From NCBI GenBank assembly GCA_051294905.1, contig CM119371.1:30816001-30880000 (forward strand): a stretch of 64,000 bases of DNA. The letters are read 5' to 3'. Positions 25,732 through 35,229 of this stretch are shown piece after piece. The notes beneath the pieces are model-generated. The model was given only the letters and a program-made list of their open reading frames with translations. It was not told where the DNA came from and searched no databases. The number at the start of each line of letters is the position of its first letter. Position 1 is the stretch's first letter. A program made the position numbers and the translations under genes. The stretch comes from Botryllus schlosseri. Lineage: Eukaryota.

Positions 25732-26466
25732 GCTGATATCGAAATACCGCCAGGACTTACACAATCAAGATGTGCCACATCATTTATACGGCGAAAAAAA
25801 CTACGATGCCGATGTGTCTTTTCATGATCTCAATCATTTTCATAGCGAACAAAGAAAATAATCCTGTCATTGAATTTTATTGAGATGTACTTGTATATAA
25901 TGTGTGTGGTGTTATTGGGGTTTATTTGTACATTATGTTTGCTTAATATGAATTTTTTTTTGTATTGTTTGTTAATGTATCATTTGTTTTTCAGGTGGAT
26001 AACATTATTTCATATCTCAAGTCGGTTATGTCATTAGATTTAAATAGTTTACATATAGAGATTACATCGACGCAGGGATCAATGGTTTAATGAGTAAGTT
26101 ATTCGGTACGAGTACTTTGATTTATGAATATAATTTATTATTTGTTTATACTACAGACAAAAACAATCATCGAAATTTGTGCAAAGAATTGGATTGGTGA
26201 GTTATTACTGTTCAGAACTAGTGAGTGTGACGTACCGATTTTTGTTGTTGAACAGGCAGAGCAAACTCAAGGACTAATAACAACACGCAAGTCTACTGGT
26301 AAGTTATCCGCTATAACACAACGTTAGCGAGCGTAGTTTAATATGTCACTGATTTTATTAAGCATAAAGAGTCTAGGAAGACGCCGACAAAGAAAATAGA
26401 TTGTAAGTAAGACTAGTTTAATGTTCCCCAAGTGCTGAATTTGACTGTGTGTTATCGCTTATACAG

Positions 26467-29400
26467 ATGAGTCGACGACGGGGAAATCACGAGGACGAGA
26501 ATGAGCCACCAGAGATTGACAACCAACACCAACAAATTACATCTCAGAACCGACAAGCGATAAAATCGTATGTAGCGAACTGTAGCCGTGTGTATAATAT
26601 TCGCTCCTTGAACAAGCGGTTGGATGTTTTCCGTGATACCCAATCGTTCTGTCTGATCAACCCACAGTTAAATGTATATCCAGGTGCGGGCTTGTTGATT
26701 GGTTGTATTGGTATTAAAATACCTCGCGGGCTTACACAATCGAGATGTATCATGACATTTACACGCCGCAAAAACACTGTACCATACAATGACAATCTGT
26801 GTGCTTTTCGCTGTATCGCCAACTCGCTAGGAAAAGATACAAAAGCAATGGCCCAACAATTCACTTCGGTATATGGTATCAATGTAGAATCTGGTGTAAC
26901 TCTTGATATGCTTGACGATATCGAGGACTTGTTTAATGTAGCCATATTTGTGTACACAAAAACTGAGGGTAAAGCTGTCGCACTCCGTCGTAGTACGTTT
27001 GAAGCGAAACCTGTGTACTTACATTTAGAAGATCGCCATTTCTGTCTCATTACTAACGTGAACCGTTATGCGGAGAGCTATCGATGTGATGTTTGTCAAA
27101 GATTTTTCAATTTGCAGTATGAATTGACCAGACACAAATGTACAACAGAACCTGTTGAAGTGTTTCCGGGTGGCGTTTATAGCCCTCCGCTGAATATCTT
27201 TGAAAAACTTGATTTAGAAGGGGTGTTCGTTCCTCACCAGCTTCGTTATTTCAAATACCGTATCGCGTTTGATATCGAGAGTATGTTTGAGAAGTGTGAT
27301 ATTCCAGATTCCTCCAAAACTACATGGGAGTGCAAACATATCCCCATTTCTGTTAGCATATCTTCTAATGTGGAAGGATTCTTGGAACCGTATGTAATTG
27401 TCTCGAACGGTGACCCAAACGACTTGTGTGCGGAAATGGTTGATCATTTTCATGATATTCAAAGTGAGTCATTTAGGTTGTTACAGACGGAATATCAACA
27501 CTACTAGGACATGCTCGAAACTAAAATTACCGAAATGAAAGCACTCGATCCTTCCGAGAAAAAATACCACTTGAACGTTTACAAGAGGAGTTCATGCGAT
27601 ATTTAAAACAAATCCCTGTTTTATCGTTCAATGGCGGTCGGTATGACTTGAACTGTCTCAAAGAGTACTTGATGGGTTTACTCGTTGATGAAAATCTGAG
27701 TGTATTGAAGCGGGGTAACAACTTCCTCTCTTTGACAACCAACAGACTTAAATTTTTGGATATTGTGAATTACTTGGCACCTGGGTTCTCGTACGATGCT
27801 TATTTGAAAGCCTTCAAATGTAGCGCCGCTAAAGGTCATTTTCCGTATGAGTTTCTGACTAGTTTGGAAAAGTTGGATTATACTAGTCTACCTAGCCACG
27901 ATGAGTTTTACAGCTCGCTAAAAGGTCGTAATATATCCACAGCCGAATATGAAAACTGTTTGAAGGTTTGGAACGACAACAAAATGACGTCTTTACGTGA
28001 TTATCTCAAATGGTACAACGCAATCGATACTCATTACTTCATTGAGGGGTTAGAAAAACAATTTCAATCTTTCAAAAGTCAATTCAGTGTGGACATATTC
28101 AAAGAAGCTGTCTCCCTACCCGGGGTTGTATCGAGGCATCTTTTCAATAGCATCCCACGTGATTTCACCTTGTTCAATGATAAACACCAAGACCTGGTTT
28201 CGCTATTCAGAGACAATTTAGTGGGTGGACCGTCAGTCATTTTTCATCGATATCAAAAACAGGGTGAAACTCGAATCAAAGAATTTTTTTATAAGGAAAA
28301 CGCTCAGATTACCCAACATGTAACAGGGCTGGACAGCAATTCGTTAGACCTTTTTGCTTTGAGTGAACCTAGTCCAACCGGTTTCCCGGTGCATTGGCAA
28401 CCACTCGATGTTGAGTGTACTAAATTCAAACCGGCAAAGACCGCACCGAAATGGGGGGAGACTGCAGCTCAATGGCTAAACTGGTATTCGTATACCCACA
28501 ATGTACATGTCCACCATGCTTTTAATGGACCTGAAATCCGCGTAGGAGCTCGTAATTACCCTGCTGATGGGTTCTATCGTAATTCAGCTGGTCAAGGGGT
28601 AATCTTGTCTTTTCTGGGATGTCATTTTCATGCACATCAGTGTAGATTTGGTTGTGATGACTTGGAACGTCGAGAACGGACTAAACGTGTTCATGATTAT
28701 TACAAAAGCCTCAATTATCAAGTCATATGTAAATGGGAATGCGACTGGCGCACGGAGAAACAGGAAAATCCTGATATTGTGCGATATCTTAATGGTATTC
28801 AACCACAATTGACTCGAACCAAGTCTGTCACTGCACAAAAATTGATGGAGATGGTAATGACTGGTACATTCTTTGGGTGTTTATCAGTCGATATTTTTAC
28901 GCCAAAACATTTGCAAAGGAAGTTTGTTGAACTATGTCCGATATTCAAAAATACGATGGTGTCTCGCGAGCATTTGTCAGGGCACATGAAACAGTTTGCC
29001 ATTGATCGTAAATTGCTCCCCAAACCCACGCGCATGTTAGTTGCTTCATACTGGGGTAAGAAAATCTTGTTGACCTCCGACTTGATCAAGTGGTATGTAG
29101 AACACGGATTGATTATATCCAAAATTCATGAGGCGGTCGAATTCACAAAAAAGACCTGTTTTGACAACTTTGCGAAAAATGTCTCAGACTGTCGACGAGC
29201 TGGGGACCGCGACCCTAGCCTAGAGATCATTGCCCTGACACAAAAATTAGCCGGAAATAGCAGCTATGGCCGCGTCTTGATGAACCCACGTAAATTCAAA
29301 CGAACCTCCTACTGTGATAAAAGCGAATTAGGCGCCAATGTGAAGGATCGTTTTTTTGTGAAATGTGACGAATTGAACGCTGATCTATTTGAAATAACGA

Positions 29401-30059
29401 AGCGACCTAAAACGATCAAGTGGGGTAACTGTATTCAAGTGGGATTCTGGGTGTATAACAATGCTAAGCTCAAGATGTTGTCGTTTTTTTATGACTGCTT
29501 GTGTAAATATTTCCGTGACGAGTGCTTCATGCTATTAATGATGGACACAGACTCCCTCTATCTCTCGCATTCAGCCTCATTCGATGATATTCTTATCCCC
29601 GAGAAAAGGGATGAATTTTATCTTGAATATGAGAACTGGTTTCCACGCTATTTTCGTGACAAACACCGAGCTGAGTTTTTGGCTGACCCGGTTTCTTTTG
29701 ATCGCTCGAGGCAGTGTTGCAAAGACACGTATGCGTATTACCTTCGGCAACCGGGTTTGATGAAAGTGGAGTATGAAGGCGGTACATCCTTCTGCGGGCT
29801 CCAATCCAAAAATTACTTTTGCGATGGTCCAAAGAAAAAATTGGCTTCCAAAGGTCTCCAGAAATCCAACCCAATCGATTTCGAAACTTTTCTGGGTGTC
29901 TTGACGTCTAAAGAATCTGTCGGGGGAGTGAACAAGGGGTTTCGGTCCCGAGATGGGGGTGTCTATACGTACAAACAACAGCGTAAAACATTTTCCTATT
30001 TCTATGCCAAACGTCGAGTGCTCGAGGATGGTGTGTCAACCCTGCCATTGAATGTGTAA
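26467..30059 (+). pseudogene. polB: Protein-primed family B DNA polymerase (vOTU - Zn finger - exonuclease - polymerase with VSR-like insert), interrupted
   Basis: DNLCAFRC...HFCLI (OTU-like Cys/His), CDVC..HKC, ExoI FDIES, ExoII FNGGRYD, motif A DSNSLD, motif B KLAGNSSYG, motif C MDTDSLY; in-frame TAG at 27505-27507 and a frameshift near 27560-27570 split it into the track ORFs 26449-27507 and 27594-30059. Confidence 0.93.
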
Positions 30060-30688
30060 TTGTATATTTTGTGTGTTATTGCATTTTATTTGTATATTCT
30101 GTGTGTGTGTGTTTGATTTTATTTTGATTTACTTATTTATTACTTGTTTATATGTTTGATTGACTTGTGTGTGGTAACGTGTCATTTGTTTTCCAGATGG
30201 ATAACACTATCTAAAGTCTGTTATGTCATTAGATTTACATAGTTTAGATATAGATGATTACATTGGAGCAGGAATTACCACAGTTCATGATTCTTGACTC
30301 TACCAACAACTCACCACACCGACGATACCCGATTGATACAAAGCAGACAACTAGAACTTGTGCTCCATGGTGAGGTCTATAGTTGTTATAGTAACACTGT
30401 TAGATTTTAAAGCGTTATGAATCCTCTCGTATTATGAACCCTCTTATGCGATTTATTATTTTATAGATTGGGATCAGCTGCTCGACGACCTGAAGCATTC
30501 GTAACACTACAACTTCCACCGATGATGAGGGACAGATGAAGATTTCATAACCCGTGGAAAATTGTTAAATCGAACTCTACTGGGTTTATATATTCCACTA
30601 GAACAAGATGACTACAACAGTGGCTATTCCCAACCTTGTTGATATATAAACACATGCACTTTATCGAGTTTTCAATAAACAACAAACG

Positions 30689-31297
30689 ATGGAATTGATC
30701 CACCCATTCGCGTGTATTGTGAGTGGTCCTTCGAGAAGTTGGAAGACTACTTTTGTTGCAAAGCTGATTAGGCATGCGACATCCATGATTAAACCAAGTG
30801 TTTCCAGGGTCGTATATTGTTACAATAATTATCAGGAGGTTTTCAAGACGATGCATAACGTAGAATTCCACGCAGGTCTAGATATTTTAGAAGAGTTGAA
30901 GGTTTGCTCTGAAGACACTTTGATTATAGTGGATGATTTCATGACTGAGACGGCGAAAATTGCAGACTACTTTACAAGATTTTCTCATCATTCAGCCAAG
31001 TCAATTTGCTACATCACGCAGAACCTGTATCACAAGGGTGAAGGAGCACGTGACTTCAGTCTTTCAAGCTCGTATATGGTGATTTTCAAGAATCCGCGCG
31101 ACCAACAGCAGATCAGTTTTCTTGGTCGACAAATGTACCCAAACTTCAGATTTTTAACAGAGGCTTATCGTGACGCTGCTAGACAACCTCATAGTTATTT
31201 ATTCCTTGATCTCACGCAAGAAGCACCTGAAAATCGACGTGTTATGACCAATATATTTCCTGGTGAAACCATGGTGGTTTATAGCCCGATGGTATAA
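30689..31297 (+). CDS. A32/FtsK-like genome packaging ATPase (Walker A altered)
   Basis: HPFACIVSGPSRSWKTT (GKT changed to WKT), LIIVDDFM Walker B, FTRFSHH, ITQNLY, FKNPRD. Confidence 0.92.
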   Translation: MELIHPFACIVSGPSRSWKTTFVAKLIRHATSMIKPSVSRVVYCYNNYQEVFKTMHNVEFHAGLDILEELKVCSEDTLIIVDDFMTETAKIADYFTRFSHHSAKSICYITQNLYHKGEGARDFSLSSSYMVIFKNPRDQQQISFLGRQMYPNFRFLTEAYRDAARQPHSYLFLDLTQEAPENRRVMTNIFPGETMVVYSPMV

Positions 31298-31330
31298 ATA
31301 GCCAAGCGCGGAGACGATTTTAAATTCAAA

Positions 31331-31678
31331 ATGACCAAGGTACCAGCTCGGACACGGCGGCATATACCCACATTAGAGTTCCTACATAAAAGTAAACCCG
31401 AGATACGCAAGCAAATTATATCGGGAGCCAGCAAAGAATTGATCGAGTGTATATGTGATTGTACAAAGAACATTTTAAACGGCAACATCCCTCTTTCAAA
31501 GTATAAAAGAAAGCGACTAGCAGCTCATAAATGTAGTTTACGTCGACTTGTCAGGAAAGACATCCCTATTCGACATAAAAAACGTATGGTTAATCAGAAT
31601 GGGGGTATGTTTATGACTCTATTATCAAGCATCCTACCCGTCGTCACTGGTTTACTCGGTAATCTTTTCAAAAAATGA
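31331..31678 (+). CDS. Basic Polinton core-like protein with putative adenain site and C-terminal amphipathic helix
   Basis: Lys/Arg-rich; ICDCTKNILNGNIPL; QNGG followed by MFMTLLSSILPVVTGLLGNLF. Confidence 0.75.
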   Translation: MTKVPARTRRHIPTLEFLHKSKPEIRKQIISGASKELIECICDCTKNILNGNIPLSKYKRKRLAAHKCSLRRLVRKDIPIRHKKRMVNQNGGMFMTLLSSILPVVTGLLGNLFKK

Positions 31679-32073
31679 CTTCTTTTAAAAAAATCTTCAT
31701 AAATCCGAATCCGATCAACGAGGTTGAAGTTCAGAAATTGGATTTGGATATCGACAAATGTATGAGCGACATATTACAGATGAACATACCCCAAGAACGA
31801 AAATTAGCCTTATATAACGACGCACTAAATCGTTATCAAACAAAACACGACACATTGAATCAACCGATGAAAATCGATATATCAGAACAAAGGAATCTAT
31901 TTTCGGCTAGTGAGTTGGACGCACTGCGACGCCTGATCAAGGGTGAACCATCAAGGATTCCTAAACCCCACTCACCGAGTAGCCAACGAAGCAAAGTAAA
32001 GACTCAACATGCCAAGACGAAAAGTGGTCGTACACCCAAGACCCTGAGACGATACGGATGGGAGCCATACTAA
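31675..32073 (+). CDS. Polinton hypothetical protein (132 aa)
   Basis: ATGA overlap with the upstream gene; helical core IDKCMSDIL...KLALYNDALNRY; basic tail ending in WEPY. Confidence 0.7.
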   Translation: MTSFKKIFINPNPINEVEVQKLDLDIDKCMSDILQMNIPQERKLALYNDALNRYQTKHDTLNQPMKIDISEQRNLFSASELDALRRLIKGEPSRIPKPHSPSSQRSKVKTQHAKTKSGRTPKTLRRYGWEPY

Positions 32074-33082
32074 GTATTTCACACCAGGGCTACCTGGTAG
32101 TTACCGCGGTGCATACGTATTCTCTAGAGGGCGGAATAGAACCAAAGTCAAGGAGTTTCTTTCGAGCAAGGACGCGTACACAAAACATTTTCCCTATCGG
32201 AAGAAATTTAAGAGACCTAGAGTGATTACGTCGGGTCTTGGTGTTCAGTATCAAACCGATCTCATGCATATGCAAAATCTTTCAAAAGAAAACGATAATT
32301 TTAAATATGTGTTGGTGACGATCGATTGTTTCAGCCGATTTTTATATCTGTATCCGCTCAAGAACAAAACCTCGCAAGGTATTATTCGCGGATTCAAGGA
32401 AATATTTAAGGATCGTATACCTCATGTTATTCAAAGTGATCAAGGTTCTGAGTTTACTAATCGTGCGTTTCAGACTTTCTTAAAAGAGAACAATGTGCGA
32501 CATTTTCATACAAATAGCGAACTGAAAGCATCGATATGCGAGCGTGTTATTCGTACTCTGAAGCAAGTGTTATACCGGTATTTCACGCATAATAAGACTT
32601 TGAATTATGTCAATGTCCTGTCTGAGATATGCCAGGGGTATAACACTACTTTTCACGTGGCGGCTATAGGGTGTCCTCCGGCGGATGTTAATTATTCGAA
32701 TCAAGAACAAATTTTTCATAGGTTATACGGTGACATGACCCCTAAAAAACCCAAACTAACTATCGGCACACCCGTCAGGATTTCGAAATCGCGTGGTAAT
32801 TTTGTAAAAAGTGCCTTGGCGAGTTGGACCGAAGAAATCTTTTTCGTATCTCAATGTCGTAAAGGTGACCCTCCTACTTATCAATTGAAAGACTACCATG
32901 GTGAAGTTATAGACGGTCGCTTTCAGCGTGAAGAGTTACAACCAATAACTAAAAATAATAATATTTACAATATCGAAAAAATCCTGTCTACTCGCAGGAA
33001 AGGAAAGAAAACGCAATATCTTGTAAAATGGTTGGGTTATCCGTCTAAATTTAATTCTTGGGTCTCGGATTTGTATAAATAG
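32054..33082 (+). CDS. int: Retroviral-like (RVE) DDE integrase with C-terminal chromodomain
   Basis: YQTDL, IDCFSR, QSDQGSEF, ERVIRTLK; chromodomain YNIEKIL...YLVKWLGYPSKFNSWV; frame open from 32048 and includes the N-terminal YFTPGLPGSYRG...DAYTKH motif; no ATG, candidate ACG start at 32054. Confidence 0.93.
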   Translation, partial: TDGSHTKYFTPGLPGSYRGAYVFSRGRNRTKVKEFLSSKDAYTKHFPYRKKFKRPRVITSGLGVQYQTDLMHMQNLSKENDNFKYVLVTIDCFSRFLYLYPLKNKTSQGIIRGFKEIFKDRIPHVIQSDQGSEFTNRAFQTFLKENNVRHFHTNSELKASICERVIRTLKQVLYRYFTHNKTLNYVNVLSEICQGYNTTFHVAAIGCPPADVNYSNQEQIFHRLYGDMTPKKPKLTIGTPVRISKSRGNFVKSALASWTEEIFFVSQCRKGDPPTYQLKDYHGEVIDGRFQREELQPITKNNNIYNIEKILSTRRKGKKTQYLVKWLGYPSKFNSWVSDLYK

Positions 33083-33091
33083 ACTCTGAAA

Positions 33092-33325
33092 ATGTTGTTC
33101 AACCAAACTATGGATTCTGATTCCGTCTCATCTCGCATGGGTCAAGTCTCGAACAGTCTGAAAAACCAGATTGTGTTTATTGTACAGATTTGTATGTTAG
33201 TGTGTGTAATCGTGTTTTCATTATATCAAATTTCTGTCGGGGTGGATCGTGAGATATATTTAACGCTACTGTCTTCTTCACTTGGGTATTTATTACCGAA
33301 TCCATCACCTCATCGTATATGTTGA
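33092..33325 (+). CDS. Small two-TM membrane protein
   Basis: Hydrophobic IVFIVQICMLVCVIVFSLYQI and IYLTLLSSSLGYLLPNP segments; preceded by TATAAATAG. Confidence 0.7.
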   Translation: MLFNQTMDSDSVSSRMGQVSNSLKNQIVFIVQICMLVCVIVFSLYQISVGVDREIYLTLLSSSLGYLLPNPSPHRIC

Positions 33326-33338
33326 AAGAAACAATAAA

Positions 33339-34169
33339 ATGTTGTTGACTCTACCTTCGAACGCGAGTTTGGATAAATTTCCGAATACTAGCACAGATTT
33401 TCAAACGGAACTTTACAAAGAATTAGAAATGAATCGCCATGAGCTAGGATTATGTGAGCTGACCTTCCCACATGATTTCCAACCGCGAATTGAAGTGACA
33501 GCGAAAAGTATACGTTTTGGATTTGTCGATACAAATGGATACACCGAACGGTATTATATTCCCGAAGGCTCGTATTACAGCATCGGTGAAATGTTAGAAT
33601 CGTACGAGAAATATTACATGGGCGACATTTTCATTTTACAAGGATTCGGAGACTTTAGAATCACATTCAGAAGATTAGTCACGAGTAAAAAAAGACCCAA
33701 GCGGGGTGTACCCATAAATACCGATACCGCAGACTCTAGCGCCAGACACGTACCCCGTACCACACATGATTCACCCGAACCTTACGGACTGATACCACTT
33801 GGTTCTGTGTTGGATACAATAACATTTAGACGCGTTGTATCTCGTCGCCGCGGAGTGGTAGAATTTATATTTACACCTGCGGTAAAGCTGGAACGGATTG
33901 ATAAGGTTTATGTGTATTGTGATCTGATACAACCAAGACCACACGGTAACAAACTACAACAACTTTTACGGGTGGTTACTGTAACCGCTAAACCGAATGA
34001 AAACCAAATCAACATATTCCCAAAACCATACTTCTTTGCTTTAGCGAGAAACAATTTTAGAACAATACGAATTTATCTACGTGATGCAGCTGGCAACCCT
34101 ATTAAATTTCGAAAAGCACCAGTGACAGTAACCCTACGCTTCCGTCGCAGAGCTGTTGATTCAATATGA
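33339..34169 (+). CDS. Minor capsid protein (penton) paralog 1, 276 aa
   Basis: LTLPSNASLDKFPNT..F N-terminus; YVYCDLI, LLRVV, FPKPYFF, IRIYLRDAAG C-terminal motifs; ATG 33339 is the likely start. Confidence 0.85.
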   Translation: MLLTLPSNASLDKFPNTSTDFQTELYKELEMNRHELGLCELTFPHDFQPRIEVTAKSIRFGFVDTNGYTERYYIPEGSYYSIGEMLESYEKYYMGDIFILQGFGDFRITFRRLVTSKKRPKRGVPINTDTADSSARHVPRTTHDSPEPYGLIPLGSVLDTITFRRVVSRRRGVVEFIFTPAVKLERIDKVYVYCDLIQPRPHGNKLQQLLRVVTVTAKPNENQINIFPKPYFFALARNNFRTIRIYLRDAAGNPIKFRKAPVTVTLRFRRRAVDSI

Positions 34170-34837
34170 GTTACATCACGTTGTCTGACACCAAAGGTGA
34201 ATTCTCGGTGGTGTTGCCGAATGAAATTATTTGTAATGAGCTTGCGTTGATGGATATGAGTTTTGTCAGTGAATCTCGTGATCGAATTATAATCAATCAT
34301 GATCAAGCACTCTGGAAGCTACATAACGAAAAAGGTCGAATAGTAGATGCGTACCTAACACCACTTGGGAATTACGCAAACAACCTCGAGTTGACCCGGA
34401 GAATATTATCTGAAAGTTTCAAACACTGTTTCGCCGAAAGAATCAACGATGAACTTTTCCGAATTCGTTACCCGAAACATATCACACTCCACCCCACGGA
34501 TATATTCACGAATTATTTCAGTGTAGTTGATCAAGTGTCGACACCAGTATGTAATGTCACATCGATCAAATCTAAACCAACTCAACCCCACCTCAGATAT
34601 TTATTTGTGTATATCAATGCACTACGACATCATCCGGTGGGTGATTACATGAGTCAATTGCTTCGTGTGATCCAAGTAAATAACGAGACGTGTATGAGAC
34701 AAGAAGTTGTATATGAAAAACCGTTTTATTTCCCAGTGTCGATTAACCACATCCGCGATATAAAAATCACCATCCGGGACCAATACGGTCAGTTAGTACA
34801 TGATATAGAGACCACATTGACACTCCACGCACGATGA
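34166..34837 (+). CDS. Minor capsid protein (penton) paralog 2, 223 aa
   Basis: ELALMDMSF; LFVYIN, VGDYMSQLLRVI, PFYFPV, IKITIRDQYG; ATGA overlap. Confidence 0.8.
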   Translation: MSYITLSDTKGEFSVVLPNEIICNELALMDMSFVSESRDRIIINHDQALWKLHNEKGRIVDAYLTPLGNYANNLELTRRILSESFKHCFAERINDELFRIRYPKHITLHPTDIFTNYFSVVDQVSTPVCNVTSIKSKPTQPHLRYLFVYINALRHHPVGDYMSQLLRVIQVNNETCMRQEVVYEKPFYFPVSINHIRDIKITIRDQYGQLVHDIETTLTLHAR

Positions 34838-35229
34838 AAATAGTGACGTTAACCACCTCTATGCTTGGTGTTGATTTTGAACACAGACTACTCACCATCA
34901 ATAACATTCCGACGAGATATTGCGAATTAGCCCTCATGGAGATCGATTTCACTTTAACCGAACCGGCGATTGGTCAATATTTGTTTGTGTATTGCGATAT
35001 TATTCGCCCTCACTTACTTGGAGATACGTTAGCGCATTTATTACGAGTTATACCGCTGACACCTGGCGATGTCGCGCATAATTGGATAGCGACAAATCCG
35101 TATTATTTCCCTGTTTCAAAAGATGTTGTAGATTCTGTATGTCTTTACCTCAGGGATGAGTTTGGTGAACCTATAAATATAATAAGTCGTTCATTGCAAG
35201 CTACATTTAACATTAGGAAGCGATTATGA
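34834..35229 (+). CDS. Minor capsid protein (penton) paralog 3, 131 aa (core only)
   Basis: ELALMEIDF directly joined to LFVYCDII, LGDTLAHLLRVI, PYYFPV, LYLRDEFG; ATGA overlap. Confidence 0.8.
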   Translation: MKIVTLTTSMLGVDFEHRLLTINNIPTRYCELALMEIDFTLTEPAIGQYLFVYCDIIRPHLLGDTLAHLLRVIPLTPGDVAHNWIATNPYYFPVSKDVVDSVCLYLRDEFGEPINIISRSLQATFNIRKRL

